Part shown: piece by piece, positions 1-15,716 of the stretch | Numbering within the stretch: the stretch's first letter is position 1 | Layout: the number at the start of each line of letters is the position of its first letter | Assembly: GCF_009914755.1 (NCBI RefSeq) | Contig: NC_060947.1 | From: the human T2T-CHM13v2.0 reference genome, Homo sapiens | Length of the DNA: 64,000 nucleotides | Reading direction: 5' to 3' (one strand) | Position numbers and translations under genes: made by a program | The notes under the pieces: model-generated | Told to the model about the DNA's origin: nothing | The model's database searches: none | The model's input: the letters and a program-made list of their open reading frames with translations, nothing else

Positions 1-153
1 TGTTTGCCAAAAATTAAAATATTAACTGGGCATGGTGGCATGTGCCTATAGTCCCAGCTCAACTTGAGAGCCTGAGGTAGGAGGACTGCTTGAGCCTGGT
101 AGTTGGAGATCAGCCTGTGCAACACAGCGAGACCCTGTCTCTACCAAAAATTA

Positions 154-300
<147 letters not shown>

Positions 301-2284
301 TCATTTCTTTTTTAAAAAAAAAAAAAAAAAAAAAGGAAGTTAAAATAGTAAACTGTTATGTGATATATGTTAACAAAATAAAAAAATTAAATTTTAAAGA
401 ATGTTTTCCAGCATAGAGAGCAATCTATGAATCTATGAACGGGGGGAAAGTCAACATGAAGAAAGAGTCAATGTCGTCAACAACGACTGAGACAAGGGAG
501 GTTTCCAAGTCCCCTCCCCATCCTCTCCAGTGACCTCAGCTGAGCAGCTCTGTCCTCATCTTTAGCTGACAGCAGCACTTTTCCATCCGCGAAGCTGATC
601 TGCAGTCTTTTATTTGCAGGGTCTGCGGGGATGGCTTGTCCTCTAAGGGATTTTTTTGCTTTTGTTTTTGTTTTTATGAACAGGCAAATCAGCCTCACTA
701 ATTTGGAGACGCCTTACCGTAGAAGTTGGTCCTCCTCTCTCCAGAGCCCGCCATAAAGCTGGGCTTTTGTGGTGAGAAGAAGAAAATGAGCCATCCTCAT
801 CCCATCTCCTCCAACATCTATGCCACGTGAGGCTCCAGAACGGCTCTACTTTCCGACCTGGCTGCACTACAACTAGCCCTTAACCAAGGTGACCTAGCAG
901 CCCTCGGTGGCTCCATCCACCTGTGGCTTCCTCCCTCCAAGGACCCTGCCTCAGGCTCTCTTCTGAGACAGTTGCTGCAGATGTTTTGCCCTCAAAGTTT
1001 CCCAAATTGGAATGCACTCTCTCTCCCTGGATCTCCTCACTGTCCAGCAGCCCAAATGCACAGCTGAGCCAGAGCCAGTCCTTCCTTATATGCACAGCCG
1101 AGCCAGAGCCAGTCCTTCCTCATACCCCAGTCCCCATGGCAGTCTCCTACACATCTGGGTTCACTGCATTCCTGTGTCCACCTCCTGGCTGAACTCAGAT
1201 TTGAGTTTCTCCCCCATGTCCCTCCTGCCCCGTAGTGACCCATGGCTTCCGTGTCACTCCCTGTCTAGAATGAGTTTCCACCACCCACCCCTTTCAGCCA
1301 ATAAACCCCTACTCCTCCTGCAAAATTCTCCTTAGGTGTCCACTGCGTCTTCACCCCCTACCTCTTGCCCTCCAGAGCTGGTAAGGCCCCTTTTCCACGT
1401 ATCGCTGGGACTCTTCTCACCCTACGCAGTTCTCCTTAGACCAAGGCACTGGAAGGCTTGGCATCAAATGGAAAACTCCATTCAGAAGACACTACAGTTG
1501 CATTCTCTTGCAAGAACTTAAACCTCCCTTTTCATACATAGAAAAAGGGAATCAAGGTAAAAAATAATAAAAAAGAAAAATATAGATAATAAAATAAGCC
1601 TCCCTTTTTGAAGCGTCTGCTTTGCCCCAAATACTAAACATGCAATGTATCATTTTTTGGACAAAGAAGAGGAAGAGAAGACCCAGGAGCTGCCTGCCTT
1701 CACTCTGGTCTCTGTGCTTTGCAGGCAGTGATGACAGAGCAAGAAGCGCTATTTCTAGATTTTTGCCTTTAAAATTCAAATAGAGAGCAAAATAAATAAA
1801 TAAATAAAAGGAGAGAACATGGTGTTCTTTCTTCCTGAACTCTCAGTAAAACAAAGGAATGATTTTACTCCTACCCCCAACAAGTACCAATGACAATGGG
1901 GACCACACTCAAGTCTGCAGACTTTAAAAAAAGATGTTTCCAAGAGATGCATCCACTCTCCCCGAAGAAGAGGTTCTGGCATGAACTCCTCTCCATGGAG
2001 AAACGAGCGGTCATCCAGGAACTAGAAGGATGTGGCCCGGAGTGGAGAGACCTCTTGCCTTCCAAGTTCTGTAGAAGAAAGCTGGCTAAGCCCTGCAACC
2101 ACAGACCAAACCCACTGGCTTGGCTCGGCTGCTGTGCCATAGATAATATGGCACTGGAACCACTGTTTGGCCCATAAGCCAATCAATCATGACAGAAGAG
2201 TGGGGCTGCAGGCTCAGGGGCTGGGGCAGAAAAGGGAGAAAGGGACTCCACACGCACAGGTATTTATCTGTCTGTGCATCCGCT

Positions 2285-3495
2285 ACAGTGGGTGTCAATG
2301 GAGCTGATTCTGCTCCCCACAATAAACACTGGACAATGTCTGGAGACATCTTTGGCTGTCACGCTGGAGTGGGGGTGCTAGAGGCATCTGGTGGGTGGAG
2401 CCCAGAGACATTGCTCAGCACCCTACAGTGCACAGGGCGGTTCCACCGCAGAGAATCCTCCAGCCCCAAATGTCAGCAGTGCTGAGGTTGAGAAACTCTA
2501 CTAATACGTTCCATCATCAATCTATCAATCAATCACCTATCTATCTCAATATCTATCAACCATCTACCATCTATAGCTACCAGCTATCTATCAATCAGCT
2601 ATCATCTATAGCTATCATCTATCAATCACTTATCTAATATCTATCAACCATCTATCATCTATAGCTATCATCTACCTCAATATCTGTCATCTATCAAATA
2701 TCTGTCTCAATGTTGATCTCCATCCATCCATCCATCCATCCATCCATCCATCCATCCATCCATCAACTATCTGTCACAGTGGTTCACAACTGGGGATAAC
2801 TTTTTGTCCCCCCATAGGGGGAACTTAGCAGTATCTAGAGACATCTTTAGATACTCGTCATAGATGGGATGGGTGCTCTTGGCATCTGCTGGGTGGAGTC
2901 CAGGGACGCTGCTCAACACCCTACAGTGCACAGGATGCCCCACCACAGAGTCCTCCATGATCCCGCCCCATGTGTCAGCACTGCTGAGGTTGAGAAACTC
3001 TCTTTTAGCATGAGAGCTCTGCCTACATGCAATCGGTCATTAATCTATCAATCAATCACCTACCCACCTCAATATCATCTATCATCTATAGCTGTATATA
3101 TTAGTATCTATTATCTATCACCTATCTTAATATCATCTATTAGCTACCCATCATCTATCTACTCACCTATCAATCACCCATCATTTACACCTATCTTAAT
3201 ATCTATTATCTATCACCTATCCATCTCAACATATACCTACCTATCGTATCTATCATCTCTCTCTGTCCGTCGTCTGTCTATCACAGTGGTTCACTAGTGG
3301 AGAAAACTTTGCCCTCCCTCCCTGAAGGAACACTTGGTTATGTATGGAGACATTTCTGCTTTTCATAACTGAGGTTGCTGCTCCTGGCCGCTGGTGGGTG
3401 GAGCCCAGGGACACTCCCCAACACCCTGAAGTGTGCAGGACGGCCCCACCCCAGAGACTCCTCCAGCCATAAATGGGAGGCACCTCCGCTGAAAG
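2285..3495 (+). repeat. Three MER20 (hAT-Charlie) copies (~2285-2498, ~2777-3000, ~3283-3495) separated by degenerate (TATC)n/(TCCA)n tracts
   Basis: Repeated motif ggagacat...gggtggag(c/t)ccag(g/a)gac...ca(a/g)caccct...gtgca...gg...ccac...gctga. Confidence 0.8.
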
Positions 3496-3914
3496 TCCTC
3501 GTTTTATACCTTCATCAAGAAGTCCAAGGCCTAAAACTGCCCGTATGGGAAGCAGATGTTGAGCAAGGCAACTTACATTTAGAAGAGAAGCTGCACAGCT
3601 GGGAGGATGAAATTCATTCTTCACAGAGGATCTAGGATTCTCCTCTAAGACATGCTCCTCAGCATGCAACGTTGGACACCCTCCAGCATCTTATCCATGG
3701 GGCTGGCCAGACCCGGCGTGCTCTCTCGTGTTATGTACAGGGAATGCCAAGTGTCTGAATGCACTGGATCAACTTTAATCCAGTTCTTAAAGCCACTTGG
3801 TCCCTAAAGTGTTAATGCACAGAAAAAGCAAAATGCTATAGCAGGTTATCATAATACTGCAGGGCACCGAAAGATCAATTATCAGCAAGTCACTAAGGCG
3901 GTCTCATGGGCTAA

Positions 3915-4067
<153 letters not shown>

Positions 4068-4676
4068 TGAGTAGCAGGGACTACAGGCCCCCCCACCACA
4101 CCCAGCTAATTTTTGTACTTTTTGTAGAGACAGGGTCTTGCCATGTTGCCCAGGCTGGTCTCAAACTCCTGGGTGCAAGGGACACTCCCACCTCAGCTTC
4201 CTAAAATGCTGGGATTATAAGTGTGAGTCAACATGCCCAAGTGGCAAACTCATTTTCTGTCATTTTTTGGGAAAAGTCACCTGTAAATTGCTATCACCAT
4301 TAAGTCTTTAAAGGCTCATTGTTGACAATCACTTCCCTAGATCCAAAACTTTTCATGAGAGCTGTGGACTTCAGGGCCTGCCTTGTTTTCTGCACTATTT
4401 CAAAATCAAAGAACTGTATTTATTTATTTATTTTTATTTATTATTTTTTTTTGAGACAAAGTCTTGCTCTGTCACCCAGGCTGCAGTGCAGTGGCACGAT
4501 CTTGGCTCACTGCAAGCTCTGCCTCCCAGGCTCAAGAGATTCTAGTGCCCCAGCCTCCCAAGTAGCTGGGTTATAGACGTGCGCCACCACGCCCAGCTAA
4601 TTTTTGTATTTTTAGTAGAGACAGGGTTTCCCCATATTGGCCAGGCTAGAATTTTCTTTTTAATTTTTTTTCTTAA

Positions 4677-4808
<132 letters not shown>

Positions 4809-5420
4809 TGAAATGAGCCCCTGCCATGTTCTCCCAAAACACTGAATAAAATCCTCCCAAGAATAATATCGAAAGTGGCCTTAAATTCCATGTAGACTTT
4901 AAATGATGAGGAAAAATTCATGCTTTTTGGCAACACCACCAGGCGGACCTGACATACAAATAACAGCTCACATTCGACTGTAACCAGCACTCGGAGGAGC
5001 CGGTGAGCTGTACGGGCAAAGGACAACCCATGAAGCATCCAAAATGTCCTCTTCAAAAGCTGTCACGGTGCAGAGAAATTTCACTCCTTAAAAGTTAGAA
5101 ATAGGCCAGGCACGGTGGCTCACATCTATAATCTCAGCATGTTGGGAGGCCGAGGTGGGAAGATCATTTGAGCCCAGGAGTTTGAGACTAGCCTGGGCAG
5201 CAAAGTAAGATCCCATCTCTACAGAAAATTTTAAAATGAGGTAGGTGTGGTGGTGCACACCTGTAATCCCAGCATGTCAGGAGGCCAAGGCAAGTGGATT
5301 GCTTGCAGCCTAAAGTTCAAGACCAGCCTGGGCAACATAGCAAGACCCTGTTCATAGAGAAAAAACAAAAACATTATCTTCACCAAAGAGGTTGTGAAAA
5401 ATATATACATATGTTTTTTA

Positions 5421-5618
<198 letters not shown>

Positions 5619-7129
5619 TTATATAAAAGATAAAAATAAACCAACATAGGTAACTTTGAATAGAATTTCTAAAGTCTCTAGGGCTTTATATAAGACTTAA
5701 GAAATATAAACGACTTTGTTCCTTAATTGAAAGCAGGGAATATCAAAATCAGAATCCACGTCCCTGCAGGAATGCACCTTATCTGCCAAGGAAAACAGTC
5801 TTGAGCTATCCTGCCTTGAAGAAAGGAGAACTACCTAACTAAAGCTCTGTTCTACAAGCTCCTCCCTATTTTTTAACTTGCGGGAGCTCAAGAATTCCAT
5901 CCTGGGGAATTCTCTCACTTGTATACTCCACCCACTCCCATGTCCATGCGGTTCTTCTGTGGGATTTTAGATTTCTGAACTGTAGAGTACTCAGGAGCCC
6001 ATCGTCTCGGCTGCTCTCCTGCTCCAGGAGGCGCAGGGGGTGTGTGTGAGTTCCTCAGGGCTATCATTAACAAAGTACCACAAACTGGGGGTTGGGGTGG
6101 AGGGACGCGGCAGACAACAGACATGCATTCTCAGTCCAGGTGCAGGGGCTGACACCTGCAATCCCAGCACTTTGGGAGGCTGAGGCTGGAGGACTGCTTC
6201 AGGCCAGGAGTTTGAGACCAGCCTGGGCAACACAGCAAGACTTCATCCTACAAAAACTTTTAAAAGTTGGTCAGGCATGGTGGCATATACCTGTAGTCTC
6301 AACTAGTTGGGAGGCGGCAGAGGCTGCAGTGGGCCATGATTGTGCCACTGAATTCCAGCCTGGGCAAGAAGGAGTGAGAACCTGTCAAGAAAGAAAGAGA
6401 AATGCAGAAAGGAAGAAAGGAAGGGAGGAAGGGAGCCACCGCGCCCATCCTCTGCATATGATTTTGTTCGGAGCTTAGGCAGCATTGGGTCTAGAGGAGA
6501 AGGCAGGTGCACTTGTTCCAGTACACACGAGGTGCTTCAAGAACATGATGGGAGGCACCCTGTGTCCCGGGGACAGCAGGTGAATGAGGGAAAACAGGTA
6601 GGTGTTTCTTAGATGGGGGAAGTGAAGGACAATGATGAGAGCAAAGAAGGAGGCCTGTCAAAGAAGGGTGGCCTGGGAGAAGCCCCGGAATGAGTGTGTG
6701 AACAGCACCTTCTACCTTCTCCTGTAGGGAGGTGGTGGCAGGGGGCCAGTCCACGAGGATACTGGTAGGAGGATGCTGCATTGCTGGGGCTTTATATGGG
6801 ATACTTCAGGAGTACCCTGAGGATGAAAGGAGAGAGGCAGGTCATTGCAGAGGTACCTGGGAGGACCAGTGAGGCTATAAAGTGAGGAATGTCTTCAAGG
6901 GGAGCAAGGCTGGGAGAGAAAGACCAGGTAGGAGGGAAGCCAGTACAGAAAATCAGGGCAGAGAGACGGGACCCAGATAAAGCAGAAGATGGATAGGTGG
7001 ACAGGAGAGGCATGGTAGCAAGATGGCGGAGGGAAGACGTGGGAATTGGATGGAAGGCACCCATGGAGGGAAAGGAGAGACACGCAGGACATCCTTGTCT
7101 AAGGCATCTGGGTGGAAATGGAATTACCC

Positions 7130-7480
7130 TGCTGGAATGGTCTGAATATCTTGTGTCCTCCCAAATCCCTATGTTGGATCCTCACCCCCAAGGTGATGGT
7201 GTTAGGTGTTGTGTCCTTTGGGAGGTCATGAGGGTGAAGTCTCATGAATGGGACGAGTGCCCTTATAAAAGGGACCCCAGAGAGATCCCTCACCCCTTCC
7301 ACCATGTGAGGACACAGTGAAAAGGCGCCATCTATGAACCAGGAAGCGGGTCCTCGCCAGACACTGAATCCACCGTGTCTTGATCTTGGACTTTCCAGCC
7401 TCCAGAACCATGAGGCAAATGTCTGTCATTTGTAAATTACCGAGTCTAGGATCCTTTGTTATAGCAGCCTGAATGGACTA
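7130..7480 (+). mobile_element. MST/MLT1A-type MaLR LTR
   Basis: ccatgtgaggacacagtga.aaggcgccatctatgaaccaggaagc...ccagcctccagaac; related copies at ~29385-29697 (+), ~38475-38825 (-) and ~41420-41770 (+). Confidence 0.75.
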
Positions 7481-7995
7481 TCACACCTACCCTAGGACAT
7501 AAGACTGTTGTGTACCATCAGCTGGAAGTGTGTGGGCTGCATCTCAACGGGGTATCTCTCATCCACAGTCAACCAGAAACCCAACGAAACCTGAAGCCCA
7601 GCCCCGTCCACGTGACTGTGGTCCCTTAAAAACCAACTTAACCAGTTCTGCCGAGAGCTATAGATGCAGAACCCAAGGAGGTGAGGAGACAAAGATTTCT
7701 GCATCCTTTTCCGGGCAGAGATACTTGGTTCACCCAGGAGAGGAGCAAGGGGCCTTGGGCACGGACTTCTGAACACAGAGCGTTTCTTTTTGGACCTGGT
7801 CAGCCATGGAGGTCAGGAGCCCTGGAGGTATTCCAGCTCTAAGATCAGAGGCTGATAAGACCTGACAGGTGGAGACTGCTGTGGCCTAAGGCTTTGCACG
7901 CAGGCCATGGTCTCGGCCCACCCAGCTTCTTATAAGAAGAGACACACAGGGGTCTAGGGAGAGTGCGTGGGGAGAGGCTTCAGGAGGGGACTCAC

Positions 7996-8164
7996 AGCCT
8001 GATGAGGAACGGGTGGCTGACTTCCTTCAGGACAGACTTCTCATTGTGTACGTGTTGCTCCTGCTTTAGGCGGATGACGTCGGGAATGCTCATCACCTTG
8101 AGGGCGAAGAAATGCTTGGCTGTCTTCTCCTTCACCAGGTGCACCCGCCCGAACGTCCCAGTGC
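7996..8164 (-). CDS. PRKX: PRKX coding exon 2 (glycine-rich loop, catalytic Lys, alphaC helix)
   Basis: Acceptor tttcttctctctccag|GC and donor CT|gtgagt. The 169 nt join exon 1 in phase to give GTGTFGRVHLVKEKTAKHFFALKVMSIPDVIRLKQEQHVHNEKSVLKEVSHPFLIRL (GxGxFG, ALK motif; PKA-family kinase). Confidence 0.97.
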
Positions 8165-8829
8165 CTGGAGAGAGAAGAAATCGACAGAGGTCATTAAGTC
8201 TTCTGACAAAGGAAGAAACCACCACAGCCATGCAATCAGCGGGGGGCTGCACCAGGACGGCAAACACAGACCCCAAGTGAAACTTTCAGAGACTTTGTGT
8301 CATGGTGCACGTGGGCTGATGGCATTTAGTGAGAGGCGCTCACCTGGAATTTTCCACTGAATACAGAAATTGCAGAGAGAGAAAGAGGGAGAGAGAGGGA
8401 GACAGAGAGAGCCATCTGCCTCTGAATGGTTCCTCAATTTGGGGACAAACTGGCCATAATTTCTGCAGATCAGTCTTCGCACACAGCACACCCACACGCC
8501 CCACACACCCACATGGAGAAGCATTAGAGTAATAGTAAATGTATTTATATAACATGCCTTTTTCTCTTCAGGCTCTCTGGTTTTATCAGAAATACAGACA
8601 GGGTGTAAAACACACAGCCCTCCTCAACACGGCTGTTTCCTTAACGCACATTAAGGCTTGCTCAAAGTACGGAGTCCGTATTCTACAATCTGGCGTGGGT
8701 TGGGATGAAGTGCTATATAGGTGCCCACAAACAGAAAACAAAACAACAACAACAACTGCAACCACTACAAATATAAAAGAAAACCAATAGCTCTACTGTA
8801 TTCTGCTGGGACATTTTCAATCCAAACAC

Positions 8830-9135
8830 TCTCTTCTCCTCCTTCCCCTCCTCCATCTCTTCCTTCTCTTTTTTCTCTTCCTCAATCTTCTCCTCCTTCT
8901 CTTTCATCTCTTCCTTCTCCTCTACATCCTTTTCTTTTCCACTTCTTCCTCCTCCTCCATCTCCTCCTCCTCTCCCTCCTCTTCCTCCCACTGGGGTGCA
9001 TGTAAATGAAGAAATCTAATAGTCAATGAGATATAAAAGAAAATCAAAATCTCTAAACAAGCTTTGCTTGTTCCTCCTCCTCCTTTCTCCTCCTCCCTCT
9101 CCTCTTCTTCCTCTTCATCCTCCTCCTCTTCCTGT
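8830..9135. repeat. Polypyrimidine (CT/CCT)n low-complexity tracts
   Basis: Nearly pure C/T at 8830-8990 and 9068-9133; similar tracts at 18585-18755 and (GA-rich) 45135-45335. Confidence 0.9.
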
Positions 9136-9819
9136 AACACACTGATCCTACAAGGTGTGCACGTGTTCACGCACATATTGAAATATTCTTCACGTAGCAT
9201 AAATGTTCTTGGGTTAATGGAACGAATAGTGCAGTGGCGCCATCACAGCTCACTGTAGCCTCTACCTCCTGGGCTCAAGCAATCTTCCCGCCTCAGCCTA
9301 CCCAGTTAATTTTTGTACTTTTTGTAAAGAGGGGGTCACACTGCGTTGCTCAGGCTAGCCTTGAACTCCTGGGCTCAAGTGATCCTCCTGCTTCGGCCTC
9401 CCAAAGTGCTGGGACTACAGGCATGAGCCACTGCAACTGATGCAGGATTTCTAGAGTATCCCTAAATTGCCTTTGACGTACCTTGATCCCAGCGTCAGCA
9501 GCCCCTTACTGACATGCAAGTCATTCCTCAGCAATATTTTTAAACAACGCATTCACAGCTGCAGACAGAGATGAGCAACTAAAACAAAACTGCCCTCCCG
9601 TATTATGTGATCACACCCACCCCAAACAGCAGAGAGGCTTCTCAGAAACTGACATTCAGAGAAAGGATGGTTTGGAAGTGTATCCTTCTGAGGAACCAAC
9701 ATCTGTTGACGAGCAAATCTCACCGATCAATATTGATCCATTTACCTATCCATTCATTGGCTGGTACTCCTGTGCCTGCTTTATGCTAGATTGCAAAACC
9801 CAAGAGAACCAGGATCTTC

Positions 9820-10715
9820 CAGACACCTGCACTCCCATGTTTATGACAGCACTATTCACAACAGCCAAGGCGTGGAAACAACCTCAGTGTCCGTCCAAGG
9901 GCAAATGGATAAAGAAAACATGGTACATATACACGATGGAATACCATTCAGCCCTAAAAAAGAAGGAAACTCTGGCATTTGCAGCAACATGGATGGAACT
10001 GGAGGCCATTATGTTCAGTGAAATAAGATAGGCACAGAAAAACAAATATTAAATATTGCATGATCTCACTTATACAAGGAATCTGACATGGCTTGGCTGT
10101 GTCCCCACCCAAGTCTAATCTTGAAGTGTGGCTCCCATAATCCCCATGTGTTGTGGGAGAGACCAGGTGGGAGGTAACTGAATCATGGGGGTGGGTTTTC
10201 CCATGCTGTCCTCCTGATAGTGAATAAGTCTCACGAGATCAGATGTTTTAATAAATGGGAGTTTCCCTGCTCGGGCTCTCTTCTTGCCTGCTGTCATGTA
10301 AGACGTGACTTTGCTCCTCCTTTTACCTTCTGCCATGACTGTCGGAACCTCCGCAGCCATGTGGAACTGTGAGTCCATTAAACCTCTTTCCTTTATAAAT
10401 TAACCAGTCTCAGGTATGTCTTCATTAGCAGCATGAGAATGGACTAATGCAGAATCTACAATAGTCAAACTCATAGAAGCAGAGAGTAGAGAGGTAGTTA
10501 TCAGAGGGTAGGGCTTGAGGGGGAAGGGGAAATATATTGGTCAAAGGATACAAAGTTTTAGTTGAACAAGATAAACCATGGAGATCTACCATACACCTAG
10601 TTCATATAGTTAACAATACTGAACTGATAAATGAAATTTTATATATAAATAGCTCACATATACAATAGTAAAATTGTATATATGAAAATTTGCTTAGAGG
10701 GTAGATCACATTATA
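9820..10715 (+). mobile_element. L1 (L1MA/MB-type) ORF2 end and 3' UTR, split by the THE1 LTR
   Basis: Translation DTCTPMFMTALFTTAKAWKQPQCPS...WYIYTMEYHSALKK...FAATWMELEAIMFSEI is the L1 ORF2 C-terminus. Confidence 0.85.
10084..10451 (+). mobile_element. THE1 (MaLR) solo LTR inserted into an L1 3' fragment
   Basis: TG...CA termini, THE1-like start tgacatggcttggctgtgtccccaccca, perfect 5-bp TSD GAATC (10079-10083, 10452-10456). Confidence 0.88.
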
Positions 10716-12454
10716 TTGTCTTTTTTTTTTTTTTTTTGAGACAGGGTCTCTCTCTGTTGCCCAGGCTGAAGTGCAATGGCACAATCAATAGCTCACTGCA
10801 GCCTTGACCTGCCAGGCTCAAGTGACCCTCCCACCTCAGCCCAAATAGTTGGGACTACAGGCGTGCACCACCAAGGGCGGATAATTTTTTAAATTGTGAC
10901 TGGGTATTTTTGACTGGTTTGAGAAGGAAAAAAAAAGACCACAACCATACAATGGATTTCCTTCCAAGAGTCTGGAATGCCATTGATTGCACATGGTAAC
11001 GTGAAAAGAAAAAGTTGTACTTAAGCTACCAATTTTACTTAGAGTATTTGCTGTAAACTAAAATCCCCATGTTGTAAAATATCTAAGCTAATGAATGATG
11101 AATTTACTAGCTTATAGGGCAGACTGGGAAGGGAGGAGGAGAAGTAACCTTTGCTTTTTAAGTGAAGTTTCCGATACTGAATATTTTATTATGGCAGAAA
11201 TAGAAAGTGAACTACAAGATAAAGAAAAAGTGTAAGAAGGAAACAATGTCAATAGCTGACAGGTGTTAAATATTTCTTTAAAAAAAGTAAACAAATAATG
11301 AAATAGTAACACATTTTTAAAGTATATTCTCTTAGTTAATTTGGAAATAAAATAGGTTTTATTACAGTACAACATGGTGTGGACAAAATTAGGTGGAATC
11401 AGGTCAAAGACAGGAAGTGGGAGAAGGGCTTTGAGGACTGTGAACTGATACAGTTTAGGTGTTTGACTATGGCCACTGATGTTTCAATTGGATAAAACAC
11501 AATTAGGAATCAGGAACACTGGCATCCAACCCAAGCTTATCCTGCCATTGGACCTATGAAATGGGCAACAGAGTAACCTTTTAACCTTTTAGTCTCCTGT
11601 TGCTCTTCTTTCCAACAGAACTTGCATATTATTAGGAAACATTAAATTCTTGCCACACCCTAAAATTCTAATAATGCAATGAATATGGTCCTTGACTTTT
11701 CTTCCTCTATCTGGTTCCTTCCTCCTTATTTATCTTTCTCTATCACCCACCCCAAGGAACCCATTCATTACTTGGCTGTGTTTACTGCATAACATTCTGT
11801 CTTAGTACTTGTATTTGACCCTCAACAGAGAGAATTCTCCATGCCTACTTTAAGAACAACAGCTATGACTCAACAGATTTTTTACACTTCTGTGACTTCT
11901 TTAAAGCTTTCTCTGAGCTGTGTGCATTATAAACATACAAAACTCAAAACACGTTACTTATGCACTGCAGCGGATCTTTGCGCTACCCTGGGAGATATTG
12001 TCAGTCCCGCCAACGCCACAATCAGACTGCAGAAGTATGTCGGTAAACAACCTTATTCAAAGCAGACAGAAGTGGCATGCTGTAATGTTTAAGGTTTATC
12101 AGCTTAAGTGCACAGAAGACAAAGGCAACATTTAATGGTGCTGGTAGATCTTCCCCGCTTGGTGTTGGAAGGCTCTCCAGTACACATTCCCCAGTTATCA
12201 TTATCCCACTTGAGGAGAAAATGTCTATTTGTAGCCTTCTCTGCAGCTAAGGGTGGCCATCTGACCCAGCTTTGCCCAATAAGACATAAAAAAAGAGTGT
12301 TTTCAAGTGTTTCTAGGCAGGTCAGCTCTTTCCTTCCTGATAAGGGAGATCTTGAAGGTAAGTGGTCCATTCCCCACCCTAGAGATCCCCTCCATCTCTC
12401 TCCAAGCTAAGTAGTAGTGTTATGCACGAGGGAAATCAGATGTGGAGTTTATGT

Positions 12455-12800
12455 CTTTTCTTTTAATTTTAGATTCAGGGGGTCCATGTGCAGGTTCATT
12501 ACATGGGTATATTGCATGATGCTGAGGTTTCGGCTTCTAATGATCCCGTTGCCCAAGTAGTAAACAGTTTCTAATAGGAAGTTTTTCAGTCTTTTCCCCA
12601 CTCCCTCCCTTCCTCTTTTTGGAATCCCCAGTGTTTATTGTTCCCATCTTTGTGTCCATGAAGTACTCAGTGTTTAGATCCCACTTATAAGTGAGAACAT
12701 GCAATATCTGGCTCTCGATTTTTTGCATGAATTTGTTTAGGATAGCAGCCTCCAGCTGCATCCACTTTGCTGCAAAGGACACGATTCTGTTCTTTTGCAG
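12455..12800 (-). mobile_element. L1 3' end fragment (L1PA/PB-type)
   Basis: Minus-strand MSFAAKWMQLEAAILNK...; typical L1 3' UTR sequence. Confidence 0.8.
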
Positions 12801-13402
12801 GGCTGCAATGTGGAGATTAAAGTCAAAGCTTTAAGGGGAAAGCTTAAGTATGGGTTCTACAATCCCTTACCCACAGTGGCTAAAGCTAAAGGCTCTGAAT
12901 ACTCAAAGTGTCTTCATCAACACACCTGGCCGCAAAACTGGACCTTGCCTAACGTGAGACTGTTCAGGCTTGATCCTCCTTGGGGTGAATATCTACCTAT
13001 TTCACTACAGAAATATTCTTGTCTTGATAACAACATCCAGCCCAGACTCTGCTGAGGGTGTTGTATAATTAAAAAGGACATGCACCCATTCTCATCCCAA
13101 ATTTAGAAAAATCCCCAAATTCCCAAATATACCTGATCTATACATTTCAGAGACTTAGAAGGACCATGGCAATCTCGGGAAGGTGTGGCTACTTTTAAGG
13201 TGGGCACGCCCTTTTTATAGCAGGTGCAATACAGTGGGCTTTTCCTCCAACATTCAAAGAGTTGTTTCTCCAGCCAAGTGCCAGACGAGGAAGGTGGATC
13301 AGATTTATGAGCCATTCTATGTGTGCAATTCTGATCTGTAAACATTAATGCGGGGTGGACTCAGGTCTCCTCTCTCCCACTGGAGAACCTCCTGCTTTTT
13401 GA

Positions 13403-15050
<1,648 letters not shown>

Positions 15051-15716
15051 TTTTTTAAATAATAAATATATCTCTCTTGGTTCAAAAATCTAAAGAGAAA
15101 TAATTTTTTTAAATGTACAAAGCGAGGTATGAGAAAGAACAGAAAACACATTTCTCACTGTGAAAAGAGATGGCCTTTTCCTCTCTTCCTCAAGCCCAGC
15201 AAACCCTAAATCCCTCTTGCCTGTGACTTTGGAGGGAAGGAAGGAGGCGGCCAGCAGAGAGAGAAGCAAAGACAGCAGGCCACCGTGTTTATCATCACGA
15301 TGCCCATTCATACTAAAGAAGTGTCCAGAAAGAGGAGAAACACGGATTTAAGTTTCTTTGGTTATATTTTTAAATTTTGCTAGAACTCAAAACACTTCAG
15401 GAGAGCTGTATGGAATAAACACAGGGACCGTGACATGGAATTTCACGCGGTCACAAAACGGAAAAGAAACCAACCAACCCTGAGTACTTTCCCTTGGGGT
15501 CCGTGGGTATATGGGATGGGGTCAGGAAGGTGACGGGAGAAGGACCGTGTCTCACTGCAGCACATTCCCGGGAGTAGATTCACGGATGATCTCAGACACC
15601 AACAGCTGACACCATCTGAGCCCAGTTCTTCCTCTGTGCTGCAAGAGCAACGCCGCACAGCTAGCTCGGCCTTTCACAGGTCACCTAAACACAGCCAATC
15701 TCCCCTCTCCCCACTT

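Noticed and set aside
8165-8276. N-terminal extension of the 94-aa ORF containing PRKX exon 2
   Set aside because: It is intronic read-through upstream of a canonical acceptor; kinase similarity starts at the splice site.
8713-9258. Glu/Lys- or Ser-rich ORFs
   Set aside because: They arise from polypurine/polypyrimidine low-complexity tracts.
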